Of a DNA stretch of 64,000 bases, positions 1 to 9,461 are shown one piece after another. Numbering within the stretch: the first letter of the stretch is position 1; each line of letters begins with the position of its first letter. Both the position numbers and the translations under genes were made by a program. Source of the stretch: Acidobacteriota bacterium (GTDB lineage: Bacteria; Acidobacteriota; UBA4820; DSQY01); the NCBI GenBank assembly GCA_049967655.1, contig JBMFSH010000002.1, forward strand, positions 112,718 to 176,717, written 5' to 3'. The notes beneath the pieces were generated by a model. It saw nothing but the letters and a program-made list of their open reading frames with translations. It did no database searches and was not told the DNA's origin.

Positions 1-1457
1 ACGGTCACCACCTCCCGGCGCCCCGGCGGCAGCTCGTCCAGGACGCTCAGATCCAGATCGCCGTACAGGGTAAGGGCCAGGCTCCGGGGAATGGGCGTGG
101 CCGACATGACCAGGACGTTGGGCTCCCTCCCCTTCGCCACCAGCCGCGCTCGCTGAACCACCCCGAAACGGTGCTGCTCGTCGATGACGACCATACCCAG
201 AGAGGCGTAGTCCACACCCTCCTGAAAGAGACTGTGCGTCCCCACGATCAGACGCATTTGCCCGGAGGCGAGGGCGGCCAGGAGATCCCTGCGCGCCTTT
301 CCCTTGACGGCCGCCGTCAGGAGCCCCACGGGCATCCCCGAGGGCCCGGCCATGGATTGCAGCTGCTTGAACTGCTGGCCCGCGAGCACCTCGGTGGGCG
401 CCATGAAGGCCGCCTGGAAGCCCTGGTGCGCGGCCATGATCATAGCCAGGAACGCCACCACCGTCTTCCCGCTTCCCACGTCCCCGTGCAGGAGCCGGTA
501 CATGGGCGCGGGCGACTCCAGATCCGCGACGATTTCCTTGAGCACGCGGCGCTGCGCCCCCGTCAGGCGGAAGGGCAGGAGCCCGCGGAGGAGATCGCCG
601 GTGGCGGGATCTGGGCGGATGATCACTCCGCGCAGGCTCTTTCTCTCCTGCCGCGCCGCCACGAGGGAGGACTGGAGCCCGAGCAACTCCTCAAAGGCCA
701 ACCGCTTGTAGGCGGGCGTCTTGACCGCCGCCAGATCCTGTAGTGAGTCGCCGTCATCAGGGAAATGGGCCTTTCGAAATGCCTCTTGGCGATCCGCCCA
801 GCCCTCCTCCCGCAGGAGTGCCTTCGGAAGAACCTCCAAAATGGGCTGGCCCGCTTCGAAGACCCTAAACATGAGCGTGCGGAAAGCCTTGCTGGATAGG
901 TTCCCCGCCCTCTTGTAGACGGGGACGATCCGATCCAAGTGGATGGCGGCCTCGCCCGGCGAGGGCACCTTCTCCACCTCCGGACTCTCCAGCTCGAGCC
1001 TGAGCCCGCCTCGGACGGAAAAGAGTTCGACCCTCCCGAAGAGGAAAAGCTCCGTGCCTTGAGGAAGGGATTCCTTGAGCCAGGGCTGGTTGAACCAGAC
1101 CACGTGAATGCTGCCCGTGGCGTCCGCCACGAGAGCCTCGGTGACGTGCACCCCCCTTCGCCTGGCGCTCCGGGAGGTGAGGGCGAGGAGCTTGGCCCTC
1201 ACGCAGACCGCCTGGCCAGGGCTGAGGGAGGCGATGGGTACGGGATGGCGGCGGTCTTCGAACCGGCAGGGAAGCCACCACAGCAGATCGTCGCGGGTGA
1301 CGAGCCCCGCGGCCGCCAGACTTCGCGCCGTGGCAGCGCCCACACCCGGCAGACCCTGGAGGCCTTGGCCGGAGGGAGCCCGCCTGGTGGGCGTATCAGT
1401 CGCAGCGCTCTTCGTGGTTCCCGTTCGCCGCGTAGAGCTCTTCGATGAGATGGGCAT
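1..1457 (-). CDS. recG: ATP-dependent DNA helicase RecG (3' end runs off the window; start uncertain)
   Basis: Not in the ORF track. Manual minus-strand translation gives LPGVGAATARSLAAAGL..DLLWWLP.RFEDR near the N-terminus, LLHGDVGSGKT, IVIVDEQHRFGV-type DExH motif and VMSATPIPRSLALTLYGDLDLSVLDELPPGR. An in-frame ATG at 1457 overlaps the upstream ligase gene. Confidence 0.93.
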   Translation of the reverse strand, partial: MPISSKSSTRRTGTTKSAATDTPTRRAPSGQGLQGLPGVGAATARSLAAAGLVTRDDLLWWLPCRFEDRRHPVPIASLSPGQAVCVRAKLLALTSRSARRRGVHVTEALVADATGSIHVVWFNQPWLKESLPQGTELFLFGRVELFSVRGGLRLELESPEVEKVPSPGEAAIHLDRIVPVYKRAGNLSSKAFRTLMFRVFEAGQPILEVLPKALLREEGWADRQEAFRKAHFPDDGDSLQDLAAVKTPAYKRLAFEELLGLQSSLVAARQERKSLRGVIIRPDPATGDLLRGLLPFRLTGAQRRVLKEIVADLESPAPMYRLLHGDVGSGKTVVAFLAMIMAAHQGFQAAFMAPTEVLAGQQFKQLQSMAGPSGMPVGLLTAAVKGKARRDLLAALASGQMRLIVGTHSLFQEGVDYASLGMVVIDEQHRFGVVQRARLVAKGREPNVLVMSATPIPRSLALTLYGDLDLSVLDELPPGRREVVT

Positions 1458-3228
1458 ACCGTTGGTCGATCACCCGCCGCTTGACCTTCAGGGTGGGCGT
1501 CAGCTCCCCCTCCTCCTGGCTGAGCTCCCTGGGCAGCAGCTTACAGCGCTTCACCTGCTCGTAGCGAGACAGGTTGGCATTGGCTCGTTCGATGACGTGG
1601 CCGAACAGGTGCTTCACCACCGGCTCCTCCACCAGGTCCCGCGGATCGATCTTGTTTATGCCCTTGGAGCGGGCGTAGTCGATGACGTTGTCCCAGTTGG
1701 GAACGATCAGGGCGGTGATGTAGGGGCGACGATCGCCGATCAGGACGGCCTGGGAGACGTACTTGTTCATCTTGAGGAGGTTCTCGATGGGCTGCGGCGC
1801 CACGTTCTTGCCGCCCGCCGTAACGATGAGCTCCTTCTTCCGGTCCGTGATGAAGAGGTAGCCGTCCTCGTCGAGGCGGGCGATGTCGCCCGTGGCGAAC
1901 CAGCCGTCCTCGGTGAGCACCTCGCGCGTTTCCGCCGGCATCTTGTAGTAGCCGCTCATCACGTTGGGGCCCCGCACCCAGAGCTCTCCGTCCTCGGCGA
2001 TGCGGACCTCCACGTTGGTGAGGGCGCGCCCCGGCGAGCCGAAGCGGATCCGGTCGGTGCCGTCGGCATCCACCTCGTTCACGGTGACGACGGGCGACGT
2101 CTCCGTCAGGCCGTAGCCCTCGGCGACGGGGAGGCCGCAGCCGTAAAAGAACACCGCGAGGTGCCGAGGGAGGGGGGCCCCACCTGAGACGAAGAAGCGA
2201 ATCCGCCCGCCGACCTTCTCCCGCAGCTTCTTCCCCAGGATCTTGTCGGCGATGGACCTTCTGAAGGCCAGCCCGACCGGGATCTTCCCGGCCTTCTTCG
2301 CTTCGGCCCACGCGCTCAGGGTGTCCATGCTCCAATGGATGAGACCCTTCTTGAGGCGGGAGGAGTGCGCCGCCTGCTCCATGAGGCGCGCATAGACCTT
2401 CTCGTAGAGGCGGGGAACGGCCGCCATGACCGTGGGCTTCACCTCGGCCAGGTTCTCGGCGACCTTGTCGATGCTCTCCGCATAGGCGATGGTCATTCCC
2501 TTCCAGAAGAAGCAGTAGTCGATCATACGCTCGAGGGAGTGGCTGAGCGGGAGGAAGACGAGACCCCGGTCGGTCTCGTCGATGGCCAGGTATTGCATGC
2601 CGGCCCGGCAGTTCTCCACGAAGCACTTGTGTTCGAGCAGGACGCCCTTCGGCACGCCCGTGGTCCCAGAGGTGTAGATGATCGTCGCCAGGTCTCCCGG
2701 CTTCACGGTGCCAGCCACCCGGCGGTGCACTCCCGGGTTTTTAGCCGCGAAATCCACTCCCCACTGAAGGATGGTGTCCCAGGGGAGCAGCTCGCTCGGC
2801 CCCTTCGGAGGGGGGTCCATGATCACGATGTTCCGAAGGCGCTTCAGCGAGTCTTTCTGGGAGAGGAGCTTGTTGGCCTGATCCTCGTTGGAGACGATGG
2901 CCACCTCGGCGTCTGAATTCCCCACGATGTAGGCGCTCTCGACCGCGTTCAGCGTGGCGTAAAGGGGTACGTTGACCGCCGCTGCGGTGAGGATGGCGTA
3001 GTCGGCCATGAGCCACTTGGGGCGGTCCTCCGAGATCAGGGCCACCTTGTCGCCCGGCTTCACCCCCAGGGCCATGAGGCCGCAGGAGAACCGCTCCACC
3101 GTCCGGGCCACCTCCTCGGAGGAGACCACCTCCCAGAGCCCCTTCTTCTTGCGCATCAGGAGGTCCGGCCTTTTCAGGTTGTCCACGGTGTTGAAATACA
3201 GGTCGCACAGGGTCCGAATTTCAGCCAT
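1396..3228 (-). CDS. Long-chain fatty acid-CoA ligase (AMP-dependent synthetase)
   Basis: IIYTSGTTGVPKG, EGYGLTE, GWFATGD and ITDRKKELI motifs. GAGGAGG RBS precedes ATG 3228. Confidence 0.93.
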   Translation of the reverse strand: MAEIRTLCDLYFNTVDNLKRPDLLMRKKKGLWEVVSSEEVARTVERFSCGLMALGVKPGDKVALISEDRPKWLMADYAILTAAAVNVPLYATLNAVESAYIVGNSDAEVAIVSNEDQANKLLSQKDSLKRLRNIVIMDPPPKGPSELLPWDTILQWGVDFAAKNPGVHRRVAGTVKPGDLATIIYTSGTTGVPKGVLLEHKCFVENCRAGMQYLAIDETDRGLVFLPLSHSLERMIDYCFFWKGMTIAYAESIDKVAENLAEVKPTVMAAVPRLYEKVYARLMEQAAHSSRLKKGLIHWSMDTLSAWAEAKKAGKIPVGLAFRRSIADKILGKKLREKVGGRIRFFVSGGAPLPRHLAVFFYGCGLPVAEGYGLTETSPVVTVNEVDADGTDRIRFGSPGRALTNVEVRIAEDGELWVRGPNVMSGYYKMPAETREVLTEDGWFATGDIARLDEDGYLFITDRKKELIVTAGGKNVAPQPIENLLKMNKYVSQAVLIGDRRPYITALIVPNWDNVIDYARSKGINKIDPRDLVEEPVVKHLFGHVIERANANLSRYEQVKRCKLLPRELSQEEGELTPTLKVKRRVIDQRYAHLIEELYAANGNHEERCD

Positions 3229-3272
3229 CACCCCCTCCTCCGTTGAATGTCAGTCTAACACGGCGCCCGCGC

Positions 3273-3881
3273 TCAGCGGACCAGGCCCCCCGCGGGAACG
3301 TTGATGCCCAGGACCCCGTCCACCCAGTGGTCCCCATCCCTGACGAAGGGCACCGCCACGTAAGCCAGGCCGGTGGGTTCGAAGAGGCACTCCACTCCCG
3401 TGACGTCGCCGGCCCTGTCCAGATAGGCCAGCCAGGTCAGGCGGGCCATCTCGGGAAGGTCCGCCGGATCCAGCACTCCCTCCAGGACGGGGGCCTCTCC
3501 CGGCTCCAGGGCGATGCTCGCCGGAGCCAGGGCGTAGCGGAGCGTCAGGTTGTCATAGAGAGCCGCCCTCGGGCTCCAGAAGGCCGGGAAGAACAGGGGC
3601 CCCAGGGGAGTGAGGCGGTCGTAGGCCCTCCTGCGCTCCTCGTTCGGCGCGCGCCAGCTCGCCTTGCCCTCCAGCCGCCAGAAGGGGACGTAGATCGTCT
3701 CTCCCGAACCTGCGCCCGCCGAAGGTTTGGCGTACAGGAGGGGGAAGGGTCTCGGAGATCGGTGCATGGAAACCGCCAAGCGGCAGGGGTGGCAGAGAAA
3801 GACGAGGGCCCTCTCGCCTCCCGCCAGCTCGCCTCCGCACCGCGGACAGTCCAGAGGAATCAGCAGGGGCTCGCCGCTCAT
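3273..3881 (-). CDS. Hypothetical protein with N-terminal double-CxxC zinc ribbon
   Basis: Real start is MSGEPLLIPLDCPRCGG...FLCHPC. ATG overlaps the upstream stop (ATGA 3878-3881). Contains YVPFW and YVAVPF motifs. Confidence 0.75.
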   Translation of the reverse strand: MSGEPLLIPLDCPRCGGELAGGERALVFLCHPCRLAVSMHRSPRPFPLLYAKPSAGAGSGETIYVPFWRLEGKASWRAPNEERRRAYDRLTPLGPLFFPAFWSPRAALYDNLTLRYALAPASIALEPGEAPVLEGVLDPADLPEMARLTWLAYLDRAGDVTGVECLFEPTGLAYVAVPFVRDGDHWVDGVLGINVPAGGLVR

Positions 3882-5047
3882 AGGCCCCACCGCTCCAGCC
3901 CCTTGGTGGCTCCGCCAAGGATGGCCTCCACGAAGAACCGCAGCAGCCCGTTGACCGGAGCCATGGGGCTCTTGGGCACGGGTCCCGCGGCGTCCACCCT
4001 CGCGCCGCCGCCTCCCAGGCGGACCACGAACGGGGCCCGGATCAGCAGCCAAGCCGCGTTGAGTCCCAGCGCAATGAGTGAGAAGAGGAGCACGCCCACT
4101 ATCGCCAGGACGCGCACCACGGCCCAGCGCCCCTGGCCCTGCGCGAGCTCCTGGCCGGCGCTGAGGGCGCCGGCGATGGCCGAGAGGAGCTGGCCGACGA
4201 AGAAACCCAGGCCCGCGGTCATGACGAGGCCGGCTACGACCGCGTAGTCCCTGCGGAAGGGGAGGTGGCCCGACACCCATCGCCCGCCCACCTCCTCCAC
4301 CGTCACGGCATAGAACTGGCCGCCGTAGCGGAAGGTCAGGGTCTGAACCGGAATGTAGAGAAGCGCCGGCTGGAGCTGCATGACCTTGAGCTCTCCCGCC
4401 GCCGACTGGACGGCCTTCACGCCGATATCGAGAATCCTCTCGAGGGGGATGTCCACATCCACCACCTCGCCCTGGCCCGCCAGCTCCGCGATGTCGGCGG
4501 GCACCGCGCGGTCCAGGCTCTCCTTCACGGCGTCCCGAAGGTCCACGTCCAAAAGGTCCCAGTTGGTGAGGGCCGCCGCGGAGTAGATGTAGCGGAAGTC
4601 GCCCAGGATCACGCGGCTGTCCTCCTCCACGCGGACCTCCGTCTTCGGTCGTTCGAAGGTGCGCTGAAACGGCTTGCGGATGGCGACCTCGTCCAGTCCA
4701 GCCAGGCCGGCCGCGGGGTCTTGCACCACCCGCTCCCTGCCGATGGCCAGTACGCCGCCCCTCTTGCCGGTGAGGAGATAGAAGGGGAGATAGCTCCTTT
4801 GCCGCTGCACGAGGAGCGCCCTGCGGCTGAGGTCCGACGGGAGCCAGCGGCCGCGCAGCAGGGCCCGCGCCGCGGCCTGCAGCTCCTGCTCGCCCATGGA
4901 GGGCGGGAGCAGGTATCGCGGGAGAAAGCCCGGTTCGCGGTAGAAGAGCGGCTTGCCGCAGAATTCGCAGATCATCTTTCGGGCGGCCAGCGGCGGGCCG
5001 ACCGTTCCCCCGCACGCGGGGCAGCTCAGCGCCCTCGGTCCACTCAC
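3878..5047 (-). CDS. Zinc-ribbon membrane protein (hypothetical)
   Basis: GTG start overlaps the upstream stop (GTGA 5044-5047). CPACGG...CEFCG, YLPFY, LYIPV motifs and two C-terminal hydrophobic helices. Confidence 0.78.
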   Translation of the reverse strand: MSGPRALSCPACGGTVGPPLAARKMICEFCGKPLFYREPGFLPRYLLPPSMGEQELQAAARALLRGRWLPSDLSRRALLVQRQRSYLPFYLLTGKRGGVLAIGRERVVQDPAAGLAGLDEVAIRKPFQRTFERPKTEVRVEEDSRVILGDFRYIYSAAALTNWDLLDVDLRDAVKESLDRAVPADIAELAGQGEVVDVDIPLERILDIGVKAVQSAAGELKVMQLQPALLYIPVQTLTFRYGGQFYAVTVEEVGGRWVSGHLPFRRDYAVVAGLVMTAGLGFFVGQLLSAIAGALSAGQELAQGQGRWAVVRVLAIVGVLLFSLIALGLNAAWLLIRAPFVVRLGGGGARVDAAGPVPKSPMAPVNGLLRFFVEAILGGATKGLERWGL

Positions 5048-5760
5048 GGCCCGCCCTCCTGGAAGAATCGTCGCACGGCGGGATAGGCGGCCGCCGCGCT
5101 CCCCGCCACCACCGCGAGGCTCCAGATGCCCCGCAGGAGGAAGGCCTCGGCGGTGAAGACCAGGAACAGGAGAGTCAACACCGCCCAGAAGCGCCGCGAA
5201 ATCTGCGTGGTCTGAGGGGGCGGGCCCTCTCCCAAATGGACCTTGCCCGTGACCCCGTCGATCCAGGCCGAGTAGCTCTTGTCCGCACCGTAGGTCAGCC
5301 GGTAGAAGGGCACCATGACCAGGCTGAACCGGCCCGATGCCTCGCGCCCGTGCCACTGGGCCGAGGCGCTCTCCGCGCAGGGCAGCACCGCGAAGCCGCT
5401 CGCGGCCTCCTCGGAAAAGTAGGCGGCGCCGGCCGAAGGCAGGCTGAAGCCGTGCAGGGCGGGAGGCTGGGGGCTGAAGGCGGCGATGGTCCTCCGTCCG
5501 CCCTCCTCCTGAACGCTCCAAAACGGAAGGAGCTCCGGAGCCACGGACTGAACGGGAAGGGAGGGCATTTCCGCCTCCGCCAGGGCCTCTCCCAGGAGCA
5601 ACTCCACCCTGGCCCGGGGCACGGCGGGCGGAATCAGAAACCGCTGGAAGGTCTGAGCCCGATCCAGGTAGAGGGTGGAACCGCAGAAGGGACAGCGGAG
5701 GAAGGGCTCGTCCCGTTCAAGCGCAATCTTCCCGGCGCAGTTCGCGCAGCGGACCTCCAT
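5044..5760 (-). CDS. Zinc-ribbon membrane protein (hypothetical)
   Basis: CANCAG...CPFCGS, LLPFW, MVPFY, WIDGVTGKV motifs, then two TM helices. Confidence 0.8.
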   Translation of the reverse strand: MEVRCANCAGKIALERDEPFLRCPFCGSTLYLDRAQTFQRFLIPPAVPRARVELLLGEALAEAEMPSLPVQSVAPELLPFWSVQEEGGRRTIAAFSPQPPALHGFSLPSAGAAYFSEEAASGFAVLPCAESASAQWHGREASGRFSLVMVPFYRLTYGADKSYSAWIDGVTGKVHLGEGPPPQTTQISRRFWAVLTLLFLVFTAEAFLLRGIWSLAVVAGSAAAAYPAVRRFFQEGGP

Positions 5761-5839
5761 CGTCCCTCTCCACGGCCCTGGAAACTTAAACCCCTCTCCC
5801 GATCATGGCACGCAGCTCGAATCGGACTCGAACGCCATC

Positions 5840-7246
5840 TTACCGCCCATTCCGTCTTCCTTCCAGCATCCCGGCCAGCCTCCGCGGCAGGTCGTAGAAA
5901 CTCCCGCTGGAAAAGAAGGCCACGAGATCCCCGCCCTTCAGCCGACCGCCGAACCACTCCAAGTATTCCTCCGGCGAGGCCATGACCTCGGCCTCCTTTC
6001 CCGCCGCCCTCAGCGCGGAGGCCACGAGGACGAGGTCGAGCCGCTCCTCCGCTGGAATCTTCCCCGGGCCCGGCATGGGACCGAGAAGGACGGCCTGGGC
6101 CAGCGCAAAGGCCGTGGGCAGGGAATCCTGATGCTGCCGGGTCTGGCACGTGAAGGAGCGGGGCTCGAAACAGGCCACGATGCGGCGGCCCGAGAAGCGC
6201 TGCGCCAGTGCGCCGAGCGTCTCGCGGATGGCCGTCGGGTGATGCGCGAAGTCGTCCACGATGGTGATTCCGCCGCCGTCGAACACCACCTCCTGCCGAC
6301 GGCGGACCCCCGGGAAACCGGCCAGCGCCTCGCGCAATGCCTCCAGGGGGGCGCCGGCTTCCAGGCATGCGCCGAGCGCGGCGATGGAGTTCCTGAGGTT
6401 GTGGGCGCCGCTCAAGGGGCTGGCGAAGGGGCCCAGCCGCACTCCCGCCCGGACCAGGTCGAATCGCGCGCCCGCCGGAGTGAAGGCCACCGCGGCCGCG
6501 GTCCACTCCTCCGTTCCGGTGAGGCCGAAGCTCTGGACCCGCCGCCCAGCGAGGGGCGCGAGTTTCCTCACCGACGGGCTCTCCACGCCGAGGAGGACCA
6601 GCCCCTCCGGGCGCACCGCGCCGAAGAGGCGCACGAAGGCCGTTTCGAGCTCGCCCAGGGTCCTGAAATTGTCCAGGTGGTCCATCTCGATGTTGTTCAC
6701 GATCAGGAGGCTGGGAGCGTAATGCAGAAATTTCGGCCCCTTGTCGAAGTAGGCCGTCTCGTACTCGTCGCCCTCGAGGACGGTCCACTCCCCTCCGCCC
6801 CAGAGGAAGGAACTTTCCAGACCCCTCACGACGCCGCCCACGATGAGGTTGGGCGCGAGTCCGGCCCTCTCCAGCAGGTAGCCGCAGAGGGCCGTGGTCG
6901 TGGTCTTGCCGTGGGTTCCCGCCACCACGAGGCTCCTGCGCCCTTGTACCGCGAAGCGCCCGATCGCCTCGGCCATGGATAGGTAGTCGATGCCCTCGTC
7001 CACCGCGGCTCGGGCTTCAGGGTTGTCTGAATGAATCGCGTTGCCGATGACCACGAGATCCGGCCGAGGATGTAGGTGTGCCGGATCAAACCCCTGGGCC
7101 ACGGGGATGCCGTAGCGCGCCACCATCTCGCTCATGGGCGGGTAGAGGGCCGTGTCGCACCCCGTCACCTCGTGTCCCTGCGCCTTCAGGAGCCCCGCGA
7201 GAGCCCCCATCCCCGTGCCGCCCACGGCCATCATGTGGATCCTCAT
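5840..7246 (-). CDS. mpl: Murein tripeptide ligase Mpl (MurC-like)
   Basis: MRIHMMAVGGTGMG, GCD..LYPPMS, VAGTHGKTTT, EGDEYETAYFDKGPKF, DDFAHHPTAI and FEPRS motifs. GAGGGAGG RBS. Confidence 0.9.
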   Translation of the reverse strand: MRIHMMAVGGTGMGALAGLLKAQGHEVTGCDTALYPPMSEMVARYGIPVAQGFDPAHLHPRPDLVVIGNAIHSDNPEARAAVDEGIDYLSMAEAIGRFAVQGRRSLVVAGTHGKTTTTALCGYLLERAGLAPNLIVGGVVRGLESSFLWGGGEWTVLEGDEYETAYFDKGPKFLHYAPSLLIVNNIEMDHLDNFRTLGELETAFVRLFGAVRPEGLVLLGVESPSVRKLAPLAGRRVQSFGLTGTEEWTAAAVAFTPAGARFDLVRAGVRLGPFASPLSGAHNLRNSIAALGACLEAGAPLEALREALAGFPGVRRRQEVVFDGGGITIVDDFAHHPTAIRETLGALAQRFSGRRIVACFEPRSFTCQTRQHQDSLPTAFALAQAVLLGPMPGPGKIPAEERLDLVLVASALRAAGKEAEVMASPEEYLEWFGGRLKGGDLVAFFSSGSFYDLPRRLAGMLEGRRNGR

Positions 7247-7443
7247 CGCCCCTCCCTCACAACAGGCCCGAGCCGGCCCACTCGCCGTGCTCGCGGAATG
7301 AGCATGATAAACCAGGGACAACCAAAAATGCAGGGTGAGGGCCACCCGGGGCCGGCCTCCGCAACCCGGCGGGGACGAGAGATCGAGCTCGTCTTCCTTG
7401 AAATCGGCTGGGCTTCTTGCTACCTTGGCGCAGCGGAGGCCCC

Positions 7444-8742
7444 ATGCGGGAAGCAGCGAGGATTGCGCTTGAAAACGGTGTGGTGGGCGCCGGCGGGGCC
7501 GGCTTTCCAACCCACGTCAAACTCTCGGCCTCCGCGGACACCTTCGCCGTCAACGCCGCCGAGTGCGAGCCCCTTCTCTACAAGGACCAACAAATCCTCG
7601 AGCGCTTCCTTCCGGAGTTCTCGGCGGGGCTTCTCCTTTGCGGCGAAGCCGTGGGCGCGCGGCGGCTGATCGTGGGGATCAAGGACAAACACCACGAACT
7701 CATGGAGAGGCTGCGCGACGAGCTCCCCCCTCAGGTGGAGGTCTGCCCCCTGCCCGACACCTACCCCTCCGGCGACGAGCACCTGCTGGTCTTTGACACC
7801 ACCGGCCGCTCCATTCCCAAGGGCGGAATTCCTCTGGACGTAGGCGTCGTCGTCAACAACGTCGAGACGGTCTTGAACGTGGGCCTGCAAAGACCGGTCA
7901 CCCATAAATTCCTCACCGTTTCGGGGGAGGTGCCCGAGGCCCTCACCTTTCGGGTGCCCATCGGGGTGAGCCTCCGAGAGCTGCTGCGTGCCGCCGGCGC
8001 CCCCATCGAGGGGATGGGCTTCATCGTCAACGGTCCGATGATGGGAAGGGTCACGGAGGACCTCGAACAGCCGGTCACCAAAACCACCTCGGGAGTGCTG
8101 GTTCTTCCCGCGGACCACTCGCTCATCCTCCGGAAGGGCCGCAGTACGCAGGACGTCCACAAGATCGCCTACACCTGCGACCAGTGCATGCGGTGTTCCG
8201 ATTTGTGCCCGAGGGACCTCCTGGGCCACTTCGTCAAACCCCACAAGGCCATGATCTCCATCGGCTTCGCGGCGGAAGAGAAGTTGGCCTGGCAGCAGAC
8301 GGCCCTCTACTGCTGCGAATGCGCCCTCTGCACACTCTACGCCTGCCCCGAGGACCTGGACCCCTTCCGCATGATGGTGGAGAGCAAGCGCGCCCTCATG
8401 GCCCAGGGAATCCGGCCTCCCAAGGTGGCGGTGGAGCCCACCCCGCTGTACGATTTCCGCCGCACGCCCACGAGCCTGCTCATCCGCCGGCTGGAGCTGG
8501 CGCCCTATCAGCATCCCCAGAAGTACGTGGAGATAGACCTGCATCCGAGCCGCCTTGAGCTGCCTCTCAAACAGCACACCGGAGCCCCCTCCACGCCCTC
8601 CGTCGGGAAGGGACGCTCGCTGCGCGGCGGGGAGCTGGTGGCGGACATCCCCGAGGGGAGCCTGGGCGCCAAGATCTTCACTCCCCTCGCGGGCCGCGTG
8701 GGCGAGGTTTCCCCGGAGCGCATCGTCGTGGAGGTCGCATGA
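7444..8742 (+). CDS. PduS-like flavoprotein/4Fe-4S oxidoreductase (RnfC-related, SLBB domain)
   Basis: GVVGAGGAGFPTHVK, NAAECEPLL, GPMMG, VTKTTSG, two ferredoxin motifs (CDQCMRCSDLCP and CCECALCTLYACP) and C-terminal LKQHTGAP. Lies next to a BMC gene. Confidence 0.85.
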   Translation: MREAARIALENGVVGAGGAGFPTHVKLSASADTFAVNAAECEPLLYKDQQILERFLPEFSAGLLLCGEAVGARRLIVGIKDKHHELMERLRDELPPQVEVCPLPDTYPSGDEHLLVFDTTGRSIPKGGIPLDVGVVVNNVETVLNVGLQRPVTHKFLTVSGEVPEALTFRVPIGVSLRELLRAAGAPIEGMGFIVNGPMMGRVTEDLEQPVTKTTSGVLVLPADHSLILRKGRSTQDVHKIAYTCDQCMRCSDLCPRDLLGHFVKPHKAMISIGFAAEEKLAWQQTALYCCECALCTLYACPEDLDPFRMMVESKRALMAQGIRPPKVAVEPTPLYDFRRTPTSLLIRRLELAPYQHPQKYVEIDLHPSRLELPLKQHTGAPSTPSVGKGRSLRGGELVADIPEGSLGAKIFTPLAGRVGEVSPERIVVEVA

Positions 8743-9434
8743 GCCCCAAAATCCACCAAATCCGCGGGGCGGACCGCGGGCGCGGCCCCGCGCCGAAGAA
8801 GCCCAAGGCGGGCGCCGCTCCAATCCAGCCGCCGAAGGACAGCTACGGCGGCCAGAGGCGCGGACCCGCCGTCAAGGACGCCATCGGCCTTCTGGAGCTG
8901 ACTTCCATCGCCAAGGGGATCGAGGCCACGGACCTGATGCTCAAGGCCTCCGACGTGGAACTCCTGGCCAGCCGGTCCATCTGCTCTGGCAAGTACATGG
9001 TTCTGGTGCGAGGCGACGTGGCCGCCTGCACCTCCTCCGTGGCCGCGGGCGAAGAGGTGGCTCGGGAGGCCGTGGCCGACTCCATCGTGATCCCCCACCT
9101 CCATCCCGAGATCTTTCCGGCCATCGCGCAGGCCTCGCTTGTGGAGGAGGTGGCGGCGCTGGGCATCCTTGAATCCTTCAACGTGGCCAGCCTGATCGAG
9201 GGCGCCGACACCGCCGTGAAGTCCTCCGAGGTCCACCTGATCGAGATCCGCCTGGCCATGGCCCTGGGGGGCAAGGCTTTCTGCGTGCTCACGGGACAAG
9301 TGGCCGCCGTGCGCTCGGCCGTGGAGGCCGGCAAATCCGTGATCGGAGCCAAGGGCGCATTGACCAACTGGGCGGTCATCCCCTCCCCCGATCGCGCGCT
9401 CGTCAAGGAAATTCTGGGTGGCCGCCTGATCTAG
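8739..9434 (+). CDS. Tandem-BMC shell protein, PduT-like, with ~45-aa basic/Pro-rich N-terminal extension
   Basis: AIGLLELTSIAKG..DLMLKA, ICSGKY...GDVAA and a second BMC domain (ALGILESF, LAMALGGK, GQVAAV). ATGA overlap with the PduS-like gene. Confidence 0.88.
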   Translation: MSPKIHQIRGADRGRGPAPKKPKAGAAPIQPPKDSYGGQRRGPAVKDAIGLLELTSIAKGIEATDLMLKASDVELLASRSICSGKYMVLVRGDVAACTSSVAAGEEVAREAVADSIVIPHLHPEIFPAIAQASLVEEVAALGILESFNVASLIEGADTAVKSSEVHLIEIRLAMALGGKAFCVLTGQVAAVRSAVEAGKSVIGAKGALTNWAVIPSPDRALVKEILGGRLI

Positions 9435-9461
9435 GGCGGCCCAAGCCATGGGAGACACGAG

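Noticed and set aside
5806..5822. Sigma54 promoter-like TGGCACG (also at 33051)
   Set aside because: Lacks the -12 TTGC element at the right spacing.
3273..7510. Long N-terminal extensions in the ORF track (3273-5015, 3878-5521, 5840-7510)
   Set aside because: Artefacts of choosing the most upstream start. True starts were assigned from RBS, stop/start overlaps and domain boundaries.
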